The notes under the pieces: generated by a model | The model's database searches: none | Seen by the model: only the letters and a program-made list of their open reading frames with translations | What the model was told of the DNA's origin: nothing | IMG/VR virus record: IMGVR_UViG_3300049215_000686 | Span: 93,132 to 157,131 of that record | Reading direction: 5' to 3' (one strand) | Source of the DNA: a virus | Length of the DNA: 64,000 nt | Shown: positions 47,025-56,000 of the stretch, one piece after another | Layout: each line of letters begins with the position of its first letter | Position numbering within the stretch: the first letter of the stretch is position 1 | Program-made: the position numbers and the translations under genes

Positions 47025-49969
47025 TACCTCCTAGAAATTTCAGCCCAGACGGAACCGTCCCAGATGAAATAGATTGTTTGTCTCAACTTAAGAACAACCG
47101 GACCGTTGAGACCCAATCCGTTGCCATCATTTAACGTTAATGTATTTGTATCATCGGTGCCAAAGAGGATCAGTTCTTGGCCAACGATTGTCCCAGCGCC
47201 GACTTGTGGAGTCGCCGCACTTGTGACCGCTCCACCATTTCCTGCAACAAAAACGATTTGTCTTTGGGCCGCAAGAACAGGAACAGTGGTAAGTGCAGAA
47301 ATTAAGTTGGGAGACCCGATGCTTCCTGAAACCACATAAGCCGGATCGCCTCCTCCTCCTCCTCCGCCTGTACCAGTGCCCGGCTTTTCTAACCGAATGG
47401 TTATCCTGGCATTTTGAGGAGCCGCAGAGAAAAGTTGAATTTGAGTCGTTGAAACTTTATTGAAATCAGGAAGACCCGTTCCACTTTGGTCTTGATCTAG
47501 TTTTTGGCCATTCATCCAGACCGTGATATCTGGAACAGAATTAAGTACATCGAATGAAAAACTGGATACAGTGAAGTTGGTTTGACCTAGAGGGTTTAAG
47601 ACAATGAATTGCTCTTCAAAAGCATGAGCAGTCGCAAGGGCATGGACTTCGGCATCAAGTTTCGAGATCGCAGTGGCGTAACTATCCCCAGAACTAATGA
47701 AAAATGTCGAAGTATAAGCCTCGTAAGAATCTTCTGTGAGAATCCCCAAACGTGCCCGAACATTGATATCAAGGTCTTGATCAGCCGGAAACGTTCCAAC
47801 ATTGATTCTTCTGGCATCCCAAAGGTAGACAAAATTCGTCGCAAATCGAATTGCAAAGATAAATACATTTTCAGATAGGGGAACCGAAGAAATCGGGGCA
47901 ACGGTTAAAGAAGCAAGACTAGCGAGAGAGAATGATGCATTTCGATTAACGGTAAAATAGGCTGCCTGGTTGGCTGCGAGGCTTAATGTCCCGCCCAAAT
48001 TAATGACGCCATTATTTCCAGATCCCGGCATGGCAATCCGAAGAAGAGCGCCGCCACCGGTAAATGTGATGTCTTGATTTGAACCATTTGTCGTATTGAC
48101 GATGTTGGTGATATTTTCACGATCGATCTGGATCGTTTTATCTTGAGCCTTATCGGCCATCATCGAAGTGATTCTGGACAATCTCTTCGTGAGATCTTCA
48201 CCCGCAACTGAATTATAGTTCGTTTGAGTGGCGAGAGCGCCGGTCGCGGTAGTGATATATTCCGGGAAGGTCGATCCCTCTCCCGGCATTCCGGTATATT
48301 CAACGATATTTTGAATCGTTGAATCACCGACATTAATCAGTTCACCAGGAAGGATACTCGAATTTCTGAGTTCAATGGTATTGGCACCATCAAACAGCGC
48401 CAGCCAAATCGTCCGCTCAACGCCATGGCTCACGCCAGAAATGACACCTGGGACACCCGCCGCAGAAGAGTAATGATAATAACCAATACCACCTGAATCG
48501 GTTTGGTAAACATAATCACCCACCTGAACGAGTCCACTGGGATCAGGCGTCACGCCCGAAAATAGCCCGGTTCCTGCGGTATAAGACGTATAAGAAAAGA
48601 TTTGTCCATGAACCAGAACTTTTCCGCCGGTAGTGATGTAATTGCCGCCCGTGGGGACACTGATACTGGTCGGAGAAACTGCGCTTACTTGTTTTGGGAC
48701 AATGGGAGTCGCCGCATCTTCTCCAAATCCATAAGAAATAGCCGTGTCCGTAGTCGGGAAAAGAATATATAAAGCGGGATGAAGAGCAAGATTAATACCT
48801 GAAAATGCATTCAGATTTAAGTTATTGGCAAACCCAAGTCGGTGAATAACCGTTCCACCGGATAATGCCAAAATTCCAGGAGTTCCCGAACTAAACTTAA
48901 CGCTTTCTGAGGCGTTTGTTCCAAGAGCGTTCGCTGATAACGTAACGACATTGCCGACCAAATTAAGAACAGTCGTTGCCGGGCTATCGGGGATGTCAAT
49001 CCCGGTGACAATATCGCCGTTCACGATCCCAGTGGTCGAGGCAAGCCCCGTCAATTGATTAGAACCTAAGGTGACTGAGCCAGTTGTTGTCAAATAGGGA
49101 GGATTGTGCTGCCAAGTCCCGCCACTAAAAACAATCAAAGAAGAGTTTTGGTAAGCCGAAGCAATTCCGCCACCGGCTGCCCCTGACATATACCAAAACG
49201 GCGTGCCCTTAATCTCTTTGAGAGAGGACATGACCGCATCCATCCACTGCTTGAAATATTTGATATTTTTGTCGCCGCCCTGAAATGGGGCGTTCGTGGG
49301 AGTGGCAGAAGTCGCGGTCGAAGGCGTTTCAAAGCGAGCATGGGAAGAATCCGGATCGCTCGGCCAAGAAAAGTTATTTGCCGGATTCGGAGAATCTCCG
49401 CCTGTTCCAAGTCTGAAAAGGAGATTTCGACAATCCTGTACTGAAGTGACAATGCCGGAAGGATTGGTAATTACTTTATAAAGCGGCATTTTACCGGAAG
49501 TAAAGCCGGTAATATTTGCCGTAACGTTGATTTGTAAATTAATGACCGTATCAACGGTATCCGTGAACTCTCCGCCTACTCCTGAATTTGCAGCCGGATC
49601 CCAAAATGCCCTGACATCAGGAGTTCCGGAAGAACTTCCGAGATCAGCCTCAACGAAGTTCGTGGCATTGGGAGAAAGACTTACTGAAATATTGGGCTCG
49701 GTTCCAGAGAAGACATAAAAACCAGCCGACTGAGTGGCCGCTTGTGAGTGAAAAAGGACCACATCATCAATCGTTAATGAAAAACCCGGAACGGTGAAGA
49801 TGGTGTTGTAATTTGAGATTTCAAAGCCAGTTAAAATCAGGCTTTGTGGAGAATAAAAACCAGAAAGAAAAAAGCGCCAATCGTTTAAACTCGCGGCTTC
49901 AAGAAGTCTTGCATCCGGTGTATCAAAGCGTTCATCAGGTTGTATGGATAGGCGCTGAAGGACTGCCAT
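47024..49969 (-). CDS. baseplate-attached tail fibre/wedge protein
   Basis: 981 aa, beta-rich, poly-Gly hinge, C-terminus WDGSVWAEISRR. Confidence 0.7.
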   Translation of the reverse strand: MAVLQRLSIQPDERFDTPDARLLEAASLNDWRFFLSGFYSPQSLILTGFEISNYNTIFTVPGFSLTIDDVVLFHSQAATQSAGFYVFSGTEPNISVSLSPNATNFVEADLGSSSGTPDVRAFWDPAANSGVGGEFTDTVDTVINLQINVTANITGFTSGKMPLYKVITNPSGIVTSVQDCRNLLFRLGTGGDSPNPANNFSWPSDPDSSHARFETPSTATSATPTNAPFQGGDKNIKYFKQWMDAVMSSLKEIKGTPFWYMSGAAGGGIASAYQNSSLIVFSGGTWQHNPPYLTTTGSVTLGSNQLTGLASTTGIVNGDIVTGIDIPDSPATTVLNLVGNVVTLSANALGTNASESVKFSSGTPGILALSGGTVIHRLGFANNLNLNAFSGINLALHPALYILFPTTDTAISYGFGEDAATPIVPKQVSAVSPTSISVPTGGNYITTGGKVLVHGQIFSYTSYTAGTGLFSGVTPDPSGLVQVGDYVYQTDSGGIGYYHYSSAAGVPGVISGVSHGVERTIWLALFDGANTIELRNSSILPGELINVGDSTIQNIVEYTGMPGEGSTFPEYITTATGALATQTNYNSVAGEDLTKRLSRITSMMADKAQDKTIQIDRENITNIVNTTNGSNQDITFTGGGALLRIAMPGSGNNGVINLGGTLSLAANQAAYFTVNRNASFSLASLASLTVAPISSVPLSENVFIFAIRFATNFVYLWDARRINVGTFPADQDLDINVRARLGILTEDSYEAYTSTFFISSGDSYATAISKLDAEVHALATAHAFEEQFIVLNPLGQTNFTVSSFSFDVLNSVPDITVWMNGQKLDQDQSGTGLPDFNKVSTTQIQLFSAAPQNARITIRLEKPGTGTGGGGGGGDPAYVVSGSIGSPNLISALTTVPVLAAQRQIVFVAGNGGAVTSAATPQVGAGTIVGQELILFGTDDTNTLTLNDGNGLGLNGPVVLKLRQTIYFIWDGSVWAEISRR

Positions 49970-50003
49970 TGTTTTACGATCCTTTAAGGATTGAGAAAGA
50001 AAT

Positions 50004-50228
50004 TCATTTTCTTAGTAGAAGGATTTTGTCTACTTTTCGGCTTAGTTCCAAAATCTCAGCATTGATCTCGTCTAAACGCTTATCGAGTTGTTGACGATAA
50101 ACGTCGTTTGTTCGCTGGGTATCAAAATCCGAGTAAACAAATCGAATCGCCGTGAAACAGGTCGAGGTTGAAACCGCCACGGTAGCGATTAGCCATTGGG
50201 CAAGTTTGATAATATCGACTTTTTTCAT
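50004..50228 (-). CDS. small TM + coiled-coil protein
   Basis: hydrophobic helix followed by heptads. Confidence 0.55.
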   Translation of the reverse strand: MKKVDIIKLAQWLIATVAVSTSTCFTAIRFVYSDFDTQRTNDVYRQQLDKRLDEINAEILELSRKVDKILLLRK

Positions 50229-50261
50229 ACTATCATTCCATTCTCAGGTCGTTTGAATAGA

Positions 50262-52265
50262 TTAAACCGGTGGGATTAAAGAAGTATCGAGAGGGTTCGT
50301 GGTATAAAGATTCGGTAAAATGGCCCATTTTTGAGAGGGGACAATAATCTCAAAGCGGAGTTGAACGCCGCTTGCCGCAATAGTTCTCAAATAGGTGGCC
50401 AAAAGGTCTCGCGCTGGGCTCGTGCTAGTCGTATAGACCGCCAAATCAGTTCCATCGGCTCTTGGCACATAAGCCCCAATTTGGCGGATCATTCTTACGC
50501 CAACGCCGACCGGATGATCGAACTGATAGATATGCCCAGGATCCACAATCAACGTAGAAGATCCTACTTTGGAAAGATAGCGAATCGGGCCTTCTTGGCG
50601 GTCCGTGCCAAATTCTAAGATAAAATGACCGCTTTCATTAAAAGAACTCACATCCGCCATCCGAACAAGTGTCGTTACCTGCCCCTGTTCGATGGATTGC
50701 TGGAGTGTGGTCAAATTCTCTGAAGCGATAAATGGCGCCTTAGGATCGTACAGGAAACTTCCTGGATAATCTGCAATGCTTTGCGCGCCGGCGGAAGCCA
50801 CTTCCAAAGCGATCAGTCCAGAAGGATCAGGGAAAACACCATTTAATGTATTCCCAGAAATCGAAGTATAAGAATAACGCTCCGTATAAACAACCGGAAT
50901 CCCGGCAAGAGAAGACGGAGGAGTAGGCGTTACGTTTTGAAGAGTATTACCTGAAATGCCTTGATAATAATAAAATTGTCGCTCATTGGGAGCCCAAAAT
51001 GAGCCTTGAGTTGGCCAGTTTTGAGCATTAATTAACGTGACAGTATTGACGCCCGTTGTCGAAACGATTCCTTTGCTAAAAAGTCGCGAAGTCAACGGAC
51101 GAATCGCTCCTATGCCATCAAAGGAAGCCGAATTCGTCAACTGAACCGAATTTGAGGTCGCAGACAAAACGGTTGAAACCGCATTATGAAAGTGATGCCC
51201 GCCTTTGAGGGTTCTTTTTACAACAGGAGCCGTCACTGGAATGATAATCGTTAATTGCCGTGGCGAAGTCTCCACTAAAGCAGCCGGACGGCTACTTAAA
51301 AGAACGTTACCTAAATCAGGTCTAAAAAAAGTAAAATCATCGGTTTGAAGATTGGTGATCCCTGATTGTTGTACACCGATCGGATTAATGCAGCGAAAGA
51401 ATCCTGAACCCACAAAAGTAATGCGAAATGTTCCAGTATTCTTTGTATTAAAGCCGCTATCAGGTCGAATCGTTACATAATCACCGCGTAAGACGCCCGC
51501 AGTGCCAAAGTTCGGAATTGGACCCGAGGTTACCGTATACATCATTTCATCGGTGCCCTGAAATGCCGCAACACTCCAGGTCGATAATGACCCCGTAACC
51601 GGGCGAATTTCGGGAAATTGAAGGACGCTCTGAGCACTTCCTCCCAGAACTTGGATGAAACCTTGGCTACCAATTGTCTTGGTTCGGATATTAACGAAAT
51701 TCTCTCCGGTGCGAATGTCACTCACGACCGATCCAATGATATTTCCTTCTGTTTTATTCGAAATAGCGGTTGCCACTTCCATAGCCGTTGCCGCATTAAT
51801 ATTAATGAAATCAGAACTGGAAAAGGTCACTCCAATATCCGAATCATCCATACGGATTCTAAGGTCTGATCCATTTTGAAGGTTATAAGGCTCCGAAGCC
51901 GAACAACTTGTGTTCGCATGGCTCGCATAAGGGCCGTAAAAAATATCAATCATCCGTAAAAGCGTGTCTGAGATTTGCTTCGGAGACATGCCCATTAAAG
52001 GGATCAGTTTTTGAAAATCAGGATCTAAAAGGCCTGAGCCTTGGCCGCGAACAATCCCGTATCTTCCGGCTGCCCGGTCCAAGAATCGGCCTGTTGCGGT
52101 GACGGCAATAAGGTTGTCTCTTACCGCCTCAACAGTCGATTCAATGTAATCATCCCCGGCAGCAAATGCCTGGACGAGCCCCAAAAGGTATTGGGTATTT
52201 TTAATGCCATAACGCTTGGGGAATTTGCTGAGCAAAAGTTCAAGCGCTGGAGAGGGGTTGCTCAT
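50262..52265 (-). CDS. baseplate wedge-like structural protein
   Basis: TATGRFLDR.A..YGI.R...D..F pattern; C-terminal AASGV. Confidence 0.7.
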   Translation of the reverse strand: MSNPSPALELLLSKFPKRYGIKNTQYLLGLVQAFAAGDDYIESTVEAVRDNLIAVTATGRFLDRAAGRYGIVRGQGSGLLDPDFQKLIPLMGMSPKQISDTLLRMIDIFYGPYASHANTSCSASEPYNLQNGSDLRIRMDDSDIGVTFSSSDFININAATAMEVATAISNKTEGNIIGSVVSDIRTGENFVNIRTKTIGSQGFIQVLGGSAQSVLQFPEIRPVTGSLSTWSVAAFQGTDEMMYTVTSGPIPNFGTAGVLRGDYVTIRPDSGFNTKNTGTFRITFVGSGFFRCINPIGVQQSGITNLQTDDFTFFRPDLGNVLLSSRPAALVETSPRQLTIIIPVTAPVVKRTLKGGHHFHNAVSTVLSATSNSVQLTNSASFDGIGAIRPLTSRLFSKGIVSTTGVNTVTLINAQNWPTQGSFWAPNERQFYYYQGISGNTLQNVTPTPPSSLAGIPVVYTERYSYTSISGNTLNGVFPDPSGLIALEVASAGAQSIADYPGSFLYDPKAPFIASENLTTLQQSIEQGQVTTLVRMADVSSFNESGHFILEFGTDRQEGPIRYLSKVGSSTLIVDPGHIYQFDHPVGVGVRMIRQIGAYVPRADGTDLAVYTTSTSPARDLLATYLRTIAASGVQLRFEIIVPSQKWAILPNLYTTNPLDTSLIPPV

Positions 52266-52564
52266 TTGCCCAATTTATCCTTGAGTTTTTCGAGTTTAAT
52301 CTTCACGATTTCTGAACGAAGAAGTTGGCTGAAACGATTTATTTTATCGCCAATAACGGAATCCCAATCGAGCGGATTTTTCTCATTAGTTGGCATCGGC
52401 TCTTTCTTTTCATCTTCCGATTTCTGTGTTTTTTTCTTGTTTTTCAGTTTATCGGCAAGCGCATCTAATTTGTGCTGAGATGTAGGAACCTTTACGTTTC
52501 CTAATGCCGCTCCACCAACCAAACTTGTGGGCGGTCCCATCCCGCCATGGCCGACTGACATCAT
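52262..52564 (-). CDS. hypothetical protein
   Basis: operon packing. Confidence 0.55.
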   Translation of the reverse strand: MMSVGHGGMGPPTSLVGGAALGNVKVPTSQHKLDALADKLKNKKKTQKSEDEKKEPMPTNEKNPLDWDSVIGDKINRFSQLLRSEIVKIKLEKLKDKLGK

Positions 52565-52579
52565 AAATATAAATTTCCT

Positions 52580-53050
52580 TTACTTCGGTTTTTTAAGTAA
52601 AGGCTGTTCCTCTTGAATTTTCTTCAGTTCGTTCCAAGACATTCTGGGTTCGAGTTCTGTTTTATAAACAGGATGCTTGATCTTCACTTTTGGAGGCTTT
52701 TGCCCTTTAATTTGGGGATGGGTCGGCTTCATGTGCTCTTTTTGAGCCGCCATGATCTTTTTCGCACTTGAGCGGTCAGTTCGGATATGGTTCGCTTCTT
52801 TCTTTTGCATCTTCGCATAAGACATTCCGGGCTGAATCTCATGTGATTTATCAAGCCCCATATCCACTGCATCCGATTTACCGATCCCGAACTGAGCGTT
52901 ACACATCGCCCATGGATTTGAAGAACCAGATCGCTTGTATTGCTCGACGCACTGCTTATAAGCCATACGATCCACGGTCGCTTTGCCGGGAGTCTCCGGC
53001 TGCGATTCTTTTTTGATTTCTTGATCTTTCTTGCTTTTAGAATGATTCAT
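52580..53050 (-). CDS. basic hypothetical protein
   Basis: CV......NPWAMC motif. Confidence 0.6.
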   Translation of the reverse strand: MNHSKSKKDQEIKKESQPETPGKATVDRMAYKQCVEQYKRSGSSNPWAMCNAQFGIGKSDAVDMGLDKSHEIQPGMSYAKMQKKEANHIRTDRSSAKKIMAAQKEHMKPTHPQIKGQKPPKVKIKHPVYKTELEPRMSWNELKKIQEEQPLLKKPK

Positions 53051-53069
53051 ATGAATGATCTTCTCTCAT

Positions 53070-56000
53070 TTAACTTAGCGTGATTTCTGAGGCTGAAGTG
53101 CGAGCGATAGCATTATCGTTGACAGTGATAATTTCTTGCTCAAGAACCGGATTGGCCAAAACAACCGATTTTACCCCGGAGATGGACTGAATAATCGAAA
53201 CGACCTCTGAAAGAACGACATTTTGTCCCAATCCAAGACTATTGATAAATCCTATCACCGAAGATTTAATCGTATCGGAAATCGAAGAAAGGGCGACGCC
53301 CTGATTGGTGGTGACCTTGATGGTCATCGTCACCCTCTGAATTTGCGGCTCTCTTGCTTCAATCCCCACGCCGGCGGCTCTCACTCCCTGAAAGGAGACC
53401 GGATCAGGCGCATAACCATCCAAAGTCCTTTGAACACGGCGCTTTAATCCGGTCCAAAATTGATAACCTGAAATTCCTGGAACCGGATCGGAACCAAACC
53501 CGAGTCGGTTCGGAAGAGTTGTAACCGCACCTTGCGCTTGGTTAAGAAGCGAAATATTATATCCGGGAGTTACGATTACAATTGCCTGATTAGTTGGATC
53601 TGAAGGGTCTGGAGCCAAAACATCGACACTTCTATAAGTTGAATAGCCCTGATCGAGCACACTAATACTTCCGGTCCCGTTAGTCCCTAAAGCAGAAGGC
53701 CCTTCGTTAATCGAGGCCGAATTCGCATATTCCACATTAAATGCGTCATTTACCGCTGTAATTAAGAAAGTCCCCTGGTTAACCTGTGAAAATGGGGAAG
53801 AATTCGCGATCACAAGTTGATCACCGATTCTCGCTGAGTGATAAGGCAAGAAAACAAACGGAGAAGAAGTGCAAGTCACGAATTGCTCGATACCCACTGC
53901 ATCCACATCAAAGTAAGTCGATGCATCTGTTTCCCGAATCTGAAAATATCCTCGGTTTGCAGAAGCAAAAAACTGGGCCGGCGTAATCCCGGCATAACTG
54001 GTTCCGTCTCCCACCAAAACCCAATCATCCGCCTGAAGCGTTCCCGGCAAAGAAGCCGTCCCACTAAAGACTTCAAATCGAAGTCGGTTTTTGCTGAGCC
54101 GTCTCACCGCCCAAACCACGCTTCCCGTATGGGTGTAAGACTTAGTCGCAGCAAGTGGGACTCCAAACGTGATCCGCGCAGTAGTTGGAGAAACCGTTTG
54201 AATCTGAGCCGTGGTTGACGGATCAGGAGAAGCCCCAACATAACTTTTCTTCGCTCGACCAGTTTGCGAGATAAAGATGAGATTCCCTGGGTTCAGCAAA
54301 TCAAGAGCCGAATGATCCAATTTAATGGCGCCAATTGAGTTACTGATTTGCTGAGAAGAGTCGCGAAGAGGCAAAACGTTATTACCAGAACCCGTTCCTC
54401 CTACAGCAAAGACCTGTCCGATTCCGCCTGGGATAAGCGAACTGATTTGAATGTGACGAGCGCCATTCACCAAATCAACTTCCGCAGCGTTTGAAAGTCC
54501 TGAGATTTGCTTACGATTAAAATGATCTCGGACATTCGCAGGCGTCATAGGAACCAGCCGGATTGATTCACCGATTTCTGGAGCCATAGCCGCCGGGACC
54601 TTAAGAGTAATCGCCGGGCTTGAACTTGCTGTTGTCAAAACAAAAGACTCGGAATTTTCGAGTGAAGACCGAGTATCACCATTTGCCAAGAGGTCTTCCG
54701 TGCTGGTCGTTACAATGCCGGCCCCCGTGCTTCCGACCCCATTTGCGGCAGAAACAATTTCTTGAACCCCAGCCGTGTTATTGACCGCAGAAATAAGACT
54801 AGAAGCCGTATTCCCAGAATTATTGAGTTGCATCACAACTACACCAGCAGAACTTGAAGAAGAAATGCTTTCGGTTATTGCCGTAGTCGTTTTGGTTCCC
54901 ATTAAAATAATTCGGCTGATGGTTCCGTTTTGAGACCCAGAGAAAGAGAAAGGAGAATCAACCGTGTAAATGGTTGAAGAAATCACCGACTGAACCGTTA
55001 AGAGTTGGCTTGCGACTTGGATCTTATCTCCGGCGCTGACCGAGAACGAAGGAGAGGCATCAGCAGTAATGGCCGCATGGGTGAGGGTTATGTCATAGCC
55101 AATTCCGTTTGACGTAAATGGAGCATCCGAGGTCCCGGTTGAAGCGGTCGCTACCGTTTGCACGAAATGCGTATCGGGCGTAACCGTCTGCTTAATCGGG
55201 TTTCCTGGTACCACAATCCCGTTTGGATCGGGTGTCACACCTGAAAATACGCCAGTTCCAGCGTTATATCCGGTATAAGTATAAGGAGTCCCAAAAACGG
55301 TTACCGTTCCGCCACCCACCGCATACGCGCCGCCTGTGGGTACGGTAATCTGATTTGCGCCAACCGCCGTCGCATTAAGAGTAATCGAATTAATGGTTAA
55401 CTTATCTCCGGCACTTAATGTCTGAGCGGGAGATCCGCCTAAAGAAAAATTGGTTCCACCTGAGATTGATGACCCAGGAAAAATTTCTTCAATGAATTCA
55501 TAAGACCGTGTAGCATCAGAAAGATTCGTAATGCTTTGAACCGCCATTTGGACCTGATTTGCGGTGCTAAAACTTCCATCGTTAAGCGCGACGATATCTC
55601 CAATTTGAACAGTCGCTAAAGATACGGGAGGAATGAACTGAATCGTCCATGTATAGGTATTCCCCACTGGACCCGTCGAACTTACCGAAACATTTGCATT
55701 GGGAGTTAAACCGATTACCCGTGCCGAACCTGATGATAATACGAGGCTCACTAAAACGAGAGAATTTAATGAATCAATGGAATAAGTCGCCGCCGCAGGA
55801 CTTGAGGCCGTTGCAGGATAAAAGATTCCAAATTGGATTTTCTCTCCTTGCGGCCCAAATTTAACGGAGGTAATCCGCATTTCGGTATTAGCCACGTTAA
55901 AAGGAAGATCGGCTTTCGCTTTAAACCAAACGCGATAATCCTCAAAACGATGCCCCAGCCAGCGAGTGCTTGATCCCAAAAGAGCGCCCGTTGAATCGGT

